A stretch of 64,000 nucleotides of DNA from PVC group bacterium (GTDB lineage Bacteria; Verrucomicrobiota; Kiritimatiellia; CAIKKV01; CAITUY01), in the NCBI GenBank assembly GCA_945890715.1, contig CAMDCX010000004.1, forward strand, positions 6,157-70,156, given 5' to 3'. Both the position numbers and the translations under genes were made by a program. The stretch's first letter is position 1. Every line of letters begins with the position of its first letter. Positions 8,504 to 17,692 of the stretch are shown here, piece after piece. The notes under the pieces are model-generated. The model ran no database searches and had not been told where the DNA came from. It was given only the letters and a program-made list of their open reading frames with translations.

Positions 8504-9856
8504 TCACACTTTCTTCTGCTTCCACCGCCCCGTAAGGAACCACCCGGCGACCATGAGGCCGTTCAGGGTGAGGGTGATGGCAATCGACCACCAGATGCCG
8601 TGGGTGGCCGGAACAACATGACGCGCCATGTAAATGGCGAGCGGGATCTGGACGCCCCATAAGCCGACGATGGTCGTCACCATGGGCCCCACCGTATCAC
8701 CCGCCCCTTGAAGTGCCCGGCCAAGAATGATGGACAGTGCCGCAAAGATATGGAAGATCGACGCGATCCGAAGATAATCGGCTCCAATGCGAACCACCTC
8801 GGGATTATCATCAAACACCCGGATAAGCGGTGCCGCAAAAACCGTGAGCACAATGGCACACAAAAATAAAATAAGGGCGCCCAGTCCGGTCGCCAGCCAG
8901 GCCACCCGCTCCGCCCGGTCAGTCCGCTTCGCCCCGAGGTTCTGCCCCACCATCGCCCCGGCCGCATTACCAAGAACAAACCCGGGCATCATGATCATCA
9001 TGTGAAACCGGGCCCCGATCCCGTAGGCCGCCACCGCAGCCGTCCCGGAATCGGCCACAATCCGCATCAGGGCCACGCTCATCAGGCTCCGCGACAACAT
9101 CTGACCGGAACTGGGAATCCCGATCTTCATCAGCCGCCAGGCCGGCTCGAACTGAAAACGCCAGTGAGCCAGCGTGACCTTGACTCCGCTCTTTCCCTGC
9201 GCCAAAGCCCGCACCACCACCACAACCGCCACCCCCTGCGCCAACACCATGGCCAGCGCCGCCCCCTCTACGCCCAACTTCGGCATTCCAAGCAGACCAA
9301 AAATAAAGATGGGATCAAACACCAGATTCAGCACCGTCGCCAAAATCATCGCCTTCATCGGGATGACCGTATTCCCCGAGGCCTGAAGAATACTGTTGCC
9401 AATAAACAGGAGAAAAACCGTGAAGCAACCGAGGAGCGAAATTCCCAGATACTCAGCACTCAGCCGCGCCACCTCGCCTGTCGCCCCCTGCCACCGGCAC
9501 AGATCTGGTGCCCAAACCCATCCTGCGACGCCAGCCACCACACCGCAGATCAGCGCCACCACCAGGGATTGCCCCCCCGCCTCGGCCGCCTGCCCGGGAA
9601 GTCCCTCGCCTACCCGGCGCGACACCACCGCCACCGTGCCGGTCGCCAGCCCCATGACCACGGGAAACAGCATCATCAGAATGGTTCCCCCCATCGCCAG
9701 CGCCGCCACCGCATCAGACCCCAGCCGCCCCACCCAGAACAGGCCGATCACACTCTGAAGATTCTGCAGGGTAGTGCTGATGAACATCGGCCCCGCCAAA
9801 CTCATCAGACCCTTCCAGACGGAGCCGGTGGTCAGGGGGGAGGAAGGAGGGTTCAC
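8504..9856 (-). CDS. MATE family efflux transporter
   Basis: About 450 aa and roughly 12 TM segments. The N-terminus '..LTTGSVWKGLMSLAGPMF' is typical of MatE proteins. Start placed at GTG 9856, overlapping the upstream stop (GTGA at 9853-9856). The 520-aa ORF extension is Arg/His/Pro-rich and runs into the trmJ-like gene. Confidence 0.85.
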   Translation of the reverse strand: MNPPSSPLTTGSVWKGLMSLAGPMFISTTLQNLQSVIGLFWVGRLGSDAVAALAMGGTILMMLFPVVMGLATGTVAVVSRRVGEGLPGQAAEAGGQSLVVALICGVVAGVAGWVWAPDLCRWQGATGEVARLSAEYLGISLLGCFTVFLLFIGNSILQASGNTVIPMKAMILATVLNLVFDPIFIFGLLGMPKLGVEGAALAMVLAQGVAVVVVVRALAQGKSGVKVTLAHWRFQFEPAWRLMKIGIPSSGQMLSRSLMSVALMRIVADSGTAAVAAYGIGARFHMMIMMPGFVLGNAAGAMVGQNLGAKRTDRAERVAWLATGLGALILFLCAIVLTVFAAPLIRVFDDNPEVVRIGADYLRIASIFHIFAALSIILGRALQGAGDTVGPMVTTIVGLWGVQIPLAIYMARHVVPATHGIWWSIAITLTLNGLMVAGWFLTGRWKQKKV

Positions 9857-10590
9857 TGGGTGTCGTCCTTTTGCCGACTCTTCCACGTCATCTGCCTGGC
9901 AATGCCCATGAGAATGTTGACGTCGTCCGTCGTCAGCGGCGCACGGGACAGGATGCGGCGGATGCCCAGCATCATGTGGTCGGACTTCTCGTCGTTCATG
10001 AATCCAATATCCAACAGCATCTCGCGCCACATCCTGAACATCTGCTCCCGGGTGGCGGTGAGGCATTCGGACGATTTTTCAACCGGCAACTCAAAGGTTC
10101 CCGACGCCACATACAGCTCGTAAATACACACCATAACCGCCTGAGCCAGATTCAGGGAGGCATAATCCGGCGAGGAGGGAATCTGAATGAGGTTGGTGCA
10201 GATGGCCAGCTCCTCGTTGGTCAGTCCGCTGTTTTCACGACCATAAACCAGAGCGACCGGATTCACGGCAGCGGAGGCCAGAATGGCCGGAGCCCAATCC
10301 CGCGGTGTTTTCACATGCTGGCGATACAGGCCGGGCCGAACAGTGGTGCCCATAACCAGCGCACAGTCGCCCACCGCCTCTTCCAGGGTAGCCACTACGC
10401 GACGTTTTTCAAAAATATCCCCCGCCGCCACGGCCATCATCCGCGCCTCGGCCAGATTCAGGTTTTCCGCAGGCGCCACCAATACCAGCTCCGACAACCC
10501 CATGTTGGCCATCGCCCGGCAGATGGAGCCCACATTCCCACCATAGAGCGGACCCACCAGCACTATTCTTATGTTCTCAAGATTGGCCAT
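9853..10590 (-). CDS. trmJ: SpoU/TrmH-class RNA 2'-O-methyltransferase, TrmJ-like
   Basis: Start at ATG 10590: 'MANLENIRIVLVGPLYGGNVGSICRAMANMGL', 'VYGRENSGLTNEEL' and 'IPSSPDYASLNLAQAVMVCIYE' (SPOUT knot motifs). Confidence 0.8.
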   Translation of the reverse strand: MANLENIRIVLVGPLYGGNVGSICRAMANMGLSELVLVAPAENLNLAEARMMAVAAGDIFEKRRVVATLEEAVGDCALVMGTTVRPGLYRQHVKTPRDWAPAILASAAVNPVALVYGRENSGLTNEELAICTNLIQIPSSPDYASLNLAQAVMVCIYELYVASGTFELPVEKSSECLTATREQMFRMWREMLLDIGFMNDEKSDHMMLGIRRILSRAPLTTDDVNILMGIARQMTWKSRQKDDTQ

Positions 10591-10666
10591 ATCCCCGTCA
10601 CTTCCCCCCGCCTTGACTTCCCGCCCCAAAATGTTACTCATATCGGGTTTTAATGGAGAATGCAAC

Positions 10667-11146
10667 ATGGACGAACTTCTTAAATTATTGAAACATAATG
10701 CGCTGGAAACGCCGAAAAATCTGGCGCGCATGCTGAACACCACCGAAGAGGCCGTCAAAGCCAAGATCGCCGGCTATGAAGGCGCCGGTATCATCCGTGG
10801 CTACCAGGCCGTCTTGAACACCGACCTGATGGATGTGGAACTCGTGCGGGCAGTGATCGAAATCAAGGTCACTCCCGAGCGAGAAGGTGGGTTTAACCGG
10901 ATCGCCGAGCGGGTCAGCAAATTCCCGGAGGTAGAGTCGGTCTACCTGATGTCGGGCACCTATGACCTGATGGCCGTGGTAGCGGGACGGAACCTGAAGG
11001 ATGTGGCTTTTTTTGTGAGCGAGAAACTGGCAACCATCCAGGGGATCATCTCCACCGGAACGCATTTCATGCTCAAAACCTACAAGAACAACGGCGTATT
11101 GATGGAAGCGGAGAAAACCGATGAGCGTCTCAAAGTCTCGCCCTAA
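10667..11146 (+). CDS. Lrp/AsnC family transcriptional regulator
   Basis: Start at ATG 10667 (MDELLKLLKHNALETPKNLARML..., the HTH). The C-terminal RAM-like domain contains 'VYLMSGTYDLMAVV'. Confidence 0.85.
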   Translation: MDELLKLLKHNALETPKNLARMLNTTEEAVKAKIAGYEGAGIIRGYQAVLNTDLMDVELVRAVIEIKVTPEREGGFNRIAERVSKFPEVESVYLMSGTYDLMAVVAGRNLKDVAFFVSEKLATIQGIISTGTHFMLKTYKNNGVLMEAEKTDERLKVSP

Positions 11147-12320
11147 GCCAAAACGGAACCCGGGCGATTTTATTGCCAAACACCTGCTGGATATTCCACG
11201 TTCCGGGATCCGGGATTTCTTCGATATCGTCAGCTCCCGCAAGGATATCATCAGCCTGGGCATTGGCGAACCGGACTTCGTCACCCCCTGGCATATCCGG
11301 GAACAGGCCATCTTTGCCCTCGATCGGGGCGCCACCACCTACACCTCCAACCGCGGCCTTCTTGAATTGCGGCAGGCCATTTCCGCGTATGTCGGGGAAG
11401 CGTTCGGAGTAACCTATGATCCCGAATCCGAAATCCTGATCACCGTCGGCGTCAGCGAAGCGCTCGATCTGGCCATCCGCGCCATTATTGAACCGGGCGA
11501 TGAAGTCATTTATCACGAGCCCTGCTTTGTGTCCTACGCTCCCGAGATCCGGTTTGCACACGGTGTGCCGGTGGCGGTCTCAACCACCCGCGACAATGGT
11601 TTCCGCCTCACCCGCGCCATGCTCGAGGATAAGGTCAGTCCGCGTACCAAGGCGATCCTGCTCAATTTTCCGACGAACCCCACCGGGGCCACGCTGACCC
11701 AGGCCGATGTCGAGGATATCTCCGCCTTCGCCATCGAGCACGACCTGATTGTCATCACCGACGAAATCTACTCCGAGCTTACCTATGAGGGAGGCCGCCC
11801 CAGTATCGCGGCCGTTCCCGGCATGAAGGAGCGCACCATTTTCCTGCATGGTTTCTCCAAAGGCTGGGCCATGACCGGCTTCCGGCTGGGTTACGCCTGC
11901 TCGCCCCCGGAGTTGAGCGAAGCCATGATGAAGATCCACCAGTATATCATGATGTGCGCCCCCATCGTCAGTCAGAAAGCCGCCATCGAAGCGCTCAAGA
12001 CCCGGACGGACACTGAGGATATGCGCCTCTCGTATCAGGAACGCCGGAATTTCCTGTGTGCCGCCCTGAACGAGATGGGCATTCCCTGCCATGTCCCGAA
12101 GGGTGCGTTTTACGTGTTCCCCTATATCGGCGACTACGGCCTGACCTCAAAGGAGTTCGCCTTGAGATTGCTCGACGAAGAAAACGTGGCCTGCGTCCCT
12201 GGCAGCGCTTTCGGCGAGTGCGGCGAAGGCTTCCTGCGCTGCTGCTATGCCACCGACATCGAGGAAATCAAACAGGCCACCGAAAGAATGGCCCGATTTG
12301 TGAAGAGACTGAAGTCTTAA
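11121..12320 (+). CDS. Class I/II PLP-dependent aminotransferase (aspartate/aromatic type)
   Basis: 'LGIGEPDF' and the PLP-lysine block 'HGFSKGWAMTGFRLGY'. It overlaps the Lrp gene end by 26 nt. Confidence 0.9.
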   Translation: MSVSKSRPKPKRNPGDFIAKHLLDIPRSGIRDFFDIVSSRKDIISLGIGEPDFVTPWHIREQAIFALDRGATTYTSNRGLLELRQAISAYVGEAFGVTYDPESEILITVGVSEALDLAIRAIIEPGDEVIYHEPCFVSYAPEIRFAHGVPVAVSTTRDNGFRLTRAMLEDKVSPRTKAILLNFPTNPTGATLTQADVEDISAFAIEHDLIVITDEIYSELTYEGGRPSIAAVPGMKERTIFLHGFSKGWAMTGFRLGYACSPPELSEAMMKIHQYIMMCAPIVSQKAAIEALKTRTDTEDMRLSYQERRNFLCAALNEMGIPCHVPKGAFYVFPYIGDYGLTSKEFALRLLDEENVACVPGSAFGECGEGFLRCCYATDIEEIKQATERMARFVKRLKS

Positions 12321-13180
12321 AGGATCGTCTTCTTCGTCAGTTTGATGAGGGTCTTCCACATCTTCTCGGGAGTTTCCTCTGCCGAGAGCGCCTTGCGCGC
12401 GTCGGCATCGGAGAAAGTCTCGGCCAGACCAGCCAGTAACTTAAGATAGAACGCGCTGGCCGCCGTCGGAATAACCATAAAGAACACGATTTTCGTCGGC
12501 CCCTTGTCATGTCCGTCAAACTTGATTCCCTTGGCGCTTATGCCAAGTCCGAGGGTGAGCCCGCCGCCCTCTACGCCACGAACGTGGGGGAAAGCCATAC
12601 CGTGATCCAACGCGGTGCTGACAATCGCCTCCCGCTTCAACGCGGAGTCAACCAGCTTCCCGGCATCATCCACAAAACCTTCCTCCTGCATTTTGGTCGC
12701 CAGTTCCCGAATCGCCTCATCACGGGTGGTGGCCTTGAGGCGGGGAATCATCAAGCCGGGGGACGAAAACCGGGCAATCCCCACCTTGCGCGGCTCGCTG
12801 CGCCGTTGCGCCTTGCCCACATTCCGGGGCAATCCCTCTTCGAAATAGAGAAGCCGGGTACAGATCGGACACACCTGGAGTTGATCCGACACCTTGACCT
12901 GCTGGGCATGGCTGGTGGGGAGCCGCATCCCGCACGCCGTGCAGGCACCATTGGTCATCGGCACAATGATGATCGAATCCCGCTTCTGCATGCGGATCAG
13001 AAGGGATTGAACATCGGAGGAAAGCTGGCTGGTCAAATCGGCAATCGAGGCATCCAGTTCATCCAACCGGTGCCCATGACGATGGGCTTTCTGTTCGGCG
13101 CGGATCAGGGACAATTCCTGTAATTGAATCAAATGATTAATCTTAGGGTGCATACCTTCACGAATTCCTTTCAAAGTCAT
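12317..13180 (-). CDS. Coiled-coil/C4 zinc-ribbon domain fused to a PTS EIIA(Ntr)-type domain
   Basis: The N-terminal half has 'CTAC...x21...CPIC' (a C4 ribbon, DUF164/COG1579-like). The C-terminal half, 'RDEAIRELATKM...HGMAFPHVRGVEGGGLTLGLGISAKGIKF', resembles PtsN/EIIA-2 including the active-site His. Confidence 0.75.
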   Translation of the reverse strand: MTLKGIREGMHPKINHLIQLQELSLIRAEQKAHRHGHRLDELDASIADLTSQLSSDVQSLLIRMQKRDSIIIVPMTNGACTACGMRLPTSHAQQVKVSDQLQVCPICTRLLYFEEGLPRNVGKAQRRSEPRKVGIARFSSPGLMIPRLKATTRDEAIRELATKMQEEGFVDDAGKLVDSALKREAIVSTALDHGMAFPHVRGVEGGGLTLGLGISAKGIKFDGHDKGPTKIVFFMVIPTAASAFYLKLLAGLAETFSDADARKALSAEETPEKMWKTLIKLTKKTIL

Positions 13181-13238
13181 CGCTCACAACGGGCTAGCAT
13201 TATGAACCTCATTGAACTCCATGTCAATGCACTGCGCA

Positions 13239-13265
13239 TATTACAACTCACCTATTACAACTCAC
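13239..13265. repeat. Tandem 13-mer TATTACAACTCAC x2 (period 14)
   Basis: Exact copies at 13239-13251 and 13253-13265. They span the hsdR stop codon and lie about 60-85 nt upstream of the EIIA-fusion gene start. Confidence 0.5.
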
Positions 13266-16200
13266 GCTACCCACTTCAGTCCTTGGCTAGCATACCCCAG
13301 CATCAAATCAAAAACCCCGTCACATTTGGTCTTGAACAAGACCTTGTCGTAACTCTCCGGCAGATGGATATGTAAAACCTGTTCTACCGCCGACAATACC
13401 TTGAGCTTGGTCTGAGAATCGCGATACCAGTCCTGGACCAAAACCTTTGGCGACTCCTCGAGCAGACGATGGTAAAGCGCCTTTGCGGCTAACTTCACTC
13501 TCCGAGTCTCATCGTTGGTCATCTTCGCTTTCTTCAAAAGGTCAAATAGTTCCAGCTCATCCTCGCTGAGGCCTTCGCGGATATGCCGTTCAGCCTCCTC
13601 TTTCAAGTCCCTGGTATAGTTTATGAGTTCCTCATGATATTTATCCGCCGACGAACTACCGGCATTGTACTCGTCTATAATGTTCTGGAATCGCTGACCA
13701 AAATCGGTCCGGGTCACGTTCTGTTTCAACATCTGATCAAGCTTGTGCTGGATAAAAGCACGCAAGTCGGCAATCTCGATGTTCTTGTAAGGACACTCCT
13801 TGAAATCGGCCCGAAGTTTCTCAAAATCCACTTTGCTCAAGTCCCATGTTTTGCCCGATTGGGTGATCCGCATCGTTGGACTTGGTTCCTTTGCGACAGG
13901 GGAGCGATCCACAACAATGCTCTCATCCAGAAGCTCACCCACACGAACCCCCACGGCACCAACGTCCGTTTGATCGATGATACTGTCGATTACTCCGCGA
14001 AGATACTGGAAGGCAGCTACGGCCCGGACAACCGGTTTTCCCACTATCTCAGGCTTGCAGGACTCATAGAGGGACGTGACGGTATTCTCGTAGACGGCAA
14101 ATCCCTTACGCCAGTCATCTTTGCTCAGGAGGATATCGGCATAGGCATTGAACTGGCTGACATTCTTGAAAACATCCCGACTGCCCAGCAATGCCTTGAA
14201 ATCAATGCCTTTCTCCTCACAGAAAGTCATCCCTTCCGCGATGGAATCATCCAGGAGTTTGAACAATTCCTTCTTTTCCTGGACAGGCGGCGTCTCTTTT
14301 CCTCCCTGCCCCTGGGCGTAATCCTTCAACGCCTTCCGCATGTTGCGGAACACATTGTAATAATCAATGATTTCGCCGTTCTTCTTCTCAACGCCATTGA
14401 TCTTCCATGACGTGACCCGGTTCGGGCGGGCAATAGCCTGCATCAAGGTATGATCCTTCATGGGCTTGTCGAGATACAACGTCGAGAGCGTCGGGGCATC
14501 GAACCCGGTCAGCCACATCGCACATACAAAAACCAATTGCAGGGGATCCTCGGGATCCTTGAAGTTGTATTCGATATCATGTCCCTGTTTATCCAATTTG
14601 TTCATCCGGTCGCGATGCGGCTTGATGTTGAGTTTCATGCCCGCGAACTTCTTCTCCTCGTCGGCTTCCTCGCTGATAACAACCGCCATCTGCACCGACC
14701 GCATGTAATCCACAATCTTCTGCAATTTCTTCTTCTCGTAGACTAAAGCGGCATTCCGGATCTGGCCACGAAGCTCTTTGAGTTGCTCCTTCCAGAGACG
14801 CTGGACTTTGTCGTACATCTTGACGGCCGTGAATTTATCCAGCGAGACCACCATTCCCTTGCCAAGATACCCGCGCCGGGGAAAGTGATAGACAATGTCT
14901 TTGGCGATCTCATCCAGGCGGTCATCACGCTTGATCACCTCGATTTCCGCCGCAAATTTGTTTTCCAATTTCGCCTGCTGGACGGAATCCAGGTTCTCAT
15001 CCTCCAGGATCTCATAGAACTCATCACTCAGGCTCTCGTTCTGGACAAGCACTTTCGGCACGCGCTTTTCATAGAACAGCGGCACGGTGGCGCCGTCATC
15101 CATGGATTGCTGGAAATTGTACTCGGAGACATAATCCCCGAACCAGGCGCTGGTCTTGCGTTCGCTCCCCAGGAGAGGCGTCCCTGTAAACGCCAGATAC
15201 TGAGCCTGCGGCAAACCCTGCCGCATGTTTTCCGCCAGCGACTTGTATTGCGTCCGGTGCGCCTCGTCCACCATCACCACAATATCCTTGCGATCCGACA
15301 GCAAGGGGTAATCCTGCCCCCTCTCCCACCGGAACTTATGGATCAACGTGAACACGAGGCGTTTGTTCTGGCCCAGGAACTTCCGCATCTCCCCGCTGTC
15401 CTTGGGCTGCGCGGCCTCGGCTTTGGTCACCGTGCCCGTGTGGAGGAAATTCCGATAAATCTGCCCATCCAGGTCATCGCGGTCGGTCACCACCACAAAG
15501 GTGAAGTTACCCGTCTCTTTCCGGAAGATCTTCCGGACATAGAAAATCATGGCAAAACTCTTGCCCGCGCCCTGCGTGTGCCAGAATACACCCAACTTAC
15601 CCTTGAGCTCATCACGCTGCCGGAACGCCTGATAGGCGCGGTTGACTCCGATGAACTGGTGGTTCTGCGCGATGATCTTCTGGGTTTCCTTGTAGTAGAG
15701 AGTGAAGTTCTCGACATAATCGAGCAGGCGCTTGCTGGGGAATAGGCCGGCTATAACGCCTTCCAGACTTGTGCCTTTTTTCCGGATTGTATCGCGGTCA
15801 ACCTTCTCCTTCTCATCCTCAGCCCGCAACCAGTTAAAGAAATGCTCCCATTCGGCTGTAATACTACCGACCTTTGTCTCGATGGCATTCGATAAAACAC
15901 AGAACGCATTGGTCAGGAATAACTGGGGAATATCCTTCTTATAGTTGGTCAGGTTGTCATCGAAGGCGGTCTTGAGCTTAACGTTGGAGTTTTTCAGCTC
16001 GATGAAGACCAGAGGGATGCCGTTGACGTAGAGCAGGACGTCCGGCCGGCGAAAGCCACGCTCCCCCTTGATCCAGAGTTGCGTCACCGCCAGATACCGG
16101 TTCTGGTCCGACTCATTGAAGTTGATCAGGCAAACGCGGCCCTTCTGGCGCCTGCCCTTGGCATCGTCGAATTCCACAGCAATTCCATCGCGCAAGAGGG

Positions 16201-16486
16201 TGTAGACCTCATGATTGGCCGCGACAAGCGACATGGCCCGGCGTTTATCCGACAGGGTTTCGAGCGCGCCATCAATCGCCGCTTCCGGGATGCCGGGATT
16301 GAGCCGGACAGCGGCTTCTTTCACCCGGTCAAGCAGGAGGACGTCGCTTTTCCCTGCCCGCCCGGACTCATCGTCCAAATCCTCCGGATCGTCCGTGTGG
16401 CAGTTGAGCACATCGAACCCATGCAGATGCTGGAGCTTCTGCAGGAGCGCCCTCTCAATCTGATCCTCGGAGATGAAATTAGGCAT
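13262..16486 (-). CDS. hsdR: Type I restriction enzyme R subunit
   Basis: 1074 aa. Helicase motif I 'HTQGAGKS', motif II 'VVMVDEAHRTQ', motif III 'AFTGTPL' and motif VI 'QAIARPNR'. The N-terminal nuclease region contains 'VFIELK'. Confidence 0.95.
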   Translation of the reverse strand: MPNFISEDQIERALLQKLQHLHGFDVLNCHTDDPEDLDDESGRAGKSDVLLLDRVKEAAVRLNPGIPEAAIDGALETLSDKRRAMSLVAANHEVYTLLRDGIAVEFDDAKGRRQKGRVCLINFNESDQNRYLAVTQLWIKGERGFRRPDVLLYVNGIPLVFIELKNSNVKLKTAFDDNLTNYKKDIPQLFLTNAFCVLSNAIETKVGSITAEWEHFFNWLRAEDEKEKVDRDTIRKKGTSLEGVIAGLFPSKRLLDYVENFTLYYKETQKIIAQNHQFIGVNRAYQAFRQRDELKGKLGVFWHTQGAGKSFAMIFYVRKIFRKETGNFTFVVVTDRDDLDGQIYRNFLHTGTVTKAEAAQPKDSGEMRKFLGQNKRLVFTLIHKFRWERGQDYPLLSDRKDIVVMVDEAHRTQYKSLAENMRQGLPQAQYLAFTGTPLLGSERKTSAWFGDYVSEYNFQQSMDDGATVPLFYEKRVPKVLVQNESLSDEFYEILEDENLDSVQQAKLENKFAAEIEVIKRDDRLDEIAKDIVYHFPRRGYLGKGMVVSLDKFTAVKMYDKVQRLWKEQLKELRGQIRNAALVYEKKKLQKIVDYMRSVQMAVVISEEADEEKKFAGMKLNIKPHRDRMNKLDKQGHDIEYNFKDPEDPLQLVFVCAMWLTGFDAPTLSTLYLDKPMKDHTLMQAIARPNRVTSWKINGVEKKNGEIIDYYNVFRNMRKALKDYAQGQGGKETPPVQEKKELFKLLDDSIAEGMTFCEEKGIDFKALLGSRDVFKNVSQFNAYADILLSKDDWRKGFAVYENTVTSLYESCKPEIVGKPVVRAVAAFQYLRGVIDSIIDQTDVGAVGVRVGELLDESIVVDRSPVAKEPSPTMRITQSGKTWDLSKVDFEKLRADFKECPYKNIEIADLRAFIQHKLDQMLKQNVTRTDFGQRFQNIIDEYNAGSSSADKYHEELINYTRDLKEEAERHIREGLSEDELELFDLLKKAKMTNDETRRVKLAAKALYHRLLEESPKVLVQDWYRDSQTKLKVLSAVEQVLHIHLPESYDKVLFKTKCDGVFDLMLGYASQGLKWVA

Positions 16487-16545
16487 TCGGTTTCAGAAAG
16501 TCGGCCTTTACACACTTAACGCATTGGCACGCAACCTTATATTCC

Positions 16546-16776
16546 CTATGCGTGACAACAAGCTTTGGCAGAACGACGCAGACTGTGATGTCGAAACGAG
16601 TCTTTAACCGCCTCTCTTTCGATGACGTGAACTGCGTGTAGTTTTTTTTCTGACGACAGCCCTTCCGTCTTGTGCGTTTGGGGCCTGATACCCGGCGGGA
16701 TTCCCGCGCCAATTTCAAGATCGCCTTCAGTGGCGATATGCATTTCATACCACTTCTTAGAGAATTTGAGTTTCAT
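16546..16776 (-). CDS. Small hypothetical ORF coupled to the GNAT gene (reading frame uncertain beyond an A8 tract)
   Basis: Its ATG overlaps the GNAT stop (ATGA at 16773-16776). A second frame (16479-16748) overlaps it and ends 8 nt inside hsdR. The two frames cross at a minus-strand A8 run (16642-16649, position derived from the two ORF-track translations). Confidence 0.35.
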   Translation of the reverse strand: MKLKFSKKWYEMHIATEGDLEIGAGIPPGIRPQTHKTEGLSSEKKLHAVHVIEREAVKDSFRHHSLRRSAKACCHA

Positions 16777-17387
16777 GATTTCCTCGGTTTCTGGCAGAAC
16801 GTTTCTGCCTGTTTTTCAGACATCTCGAAATACATAAGTTGCTGAAGAAATCCCGGATCACGCTGAACCGCCGTCATTCCGCAAGAATCTCGATAAAACC
16901 GTTCGGCTTCAGGCAGGGAGTGCAACCCGATTCTGCCACTGTACCCCATCTCGTTGCTCAATTGAACGGCCTTTGCCATAAAGGCTGACCCAACACCACG
17001 ATAACGAGGCGGTCGTTGCACTTCGGCACGATTCCAAGGTGCCGTCGCGACAAATTCAATGTACACCAACGGCTTCCCTGCCTGTTCCGGAAGTCGTGCC
17101 GTGGTTGTATCGTTGGCAAGCATCAATCCCTGCAACTCACCACGGCACATGATCGAATAGAAATGATATTTCAACAACGGACGCCAGGCATTCGCCTTCC
17201 ATTTCCAATCCCAATGATAATCTTCCGGACTGTCAACCAAAGCTCGTCCCTTACAGTGGATCTCCAGTGCTGGCTTCCAGGTCGCATTCCACATGGCGAG
17301 ATGCTTATCACTGACCTCGTCATACAGCTTAGCCAACACATAACTACCCGATGAGCTTTCCTGCAAATAGACATTGCTTGTCATCAT
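16773..17387 (-). CDS. GNAT family N-acetyltransferase (toxin-like context)
   Basis: Start at ATG 17387 or 17384, 4 nt after the RHH gene stop. Acetyl-CoA motif A 'RYRGVGSAFMAKAV', plus 'LVYIEFVATAPW'. 204 aa. Confidence 0.75.
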   Translation of the reverse strand: MMTSNVYLQESSSGSYVLAKLYDEVSDKHLAMWNATWKPALEIHCKGRALVDSPEDYHWDWKWKANAWRPLLKYHFYSIMCRGELQGLMLANDTTTARLPEQAGKPLVYIEFVATAPWNRAEVQRPPRYRGVGSAFMAKAVQLSNEMGYSGRIGLHSLPEAERFYRDSCGMTAVQRDPGFLQQLMYFEMSEKQAETFCQKPRKS

Positions 17388-17391
17388 AGCG

Positions 17392-17616
17392 CTACAAAAT
17401 GACCAGTTCGGTCTTCTCCTTCGTCTTTTCATCTTCCATCATCAGTTTATGGCCCAACTGGACTTTCGAGTCAGCCGCCTGCAATAACCGGAGCGCCAAT
17501 TTCATCACCCCGGTCTTGCTTAGGTCTTTCTTCGCCGCCAAGTCCTCCAACACGGCCATTTCACGCGCCGTCAAGTTCAGCGTCATCGTCCTTTTATCAG
17601 TCTCTTTCATGTCCAT
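17392..17616 (-). CDS. Ribbon-helix-helix (CopG/Arc-type) protein, antitoxin-like
   Basis: 74 aa. 'RTMTLNLTAREMAVLEDLAAKKDLSKTGVMKLALRLL' fits a beta-strand, helix, helix pattern. It sits directly upstream of the GNAT gene. Confidence 0.65.
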   Translation of the reverse strand: MDMKETDKRTMTLNLTAREMAVLEDLAAKKDLSKTGVMKLALRLLQAADSKVQLGHKLMMEDEKTKEKTELVIL

Positions 17617-17692
17617 AGACTACCACTCAACCAACAAGAAAACAGCAAATAATGTGTATTTTTTAGCTATTTCTTACATACCGATGAACGGC

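Noticed and set aside
13209-13230. A possible att-like direct repeat flanking the R-M island: TCATTGAACTCCATGTCAA (left) versus TCATCAACTCCATGCAA at 21017-21033 (right).
   Set aside because: Only a 9-mer (AACTCCATG) is exact, and the rest needs two indels. A chance match between two ~100-bp regions is plausible, and no integrase or tRNA is nearby.
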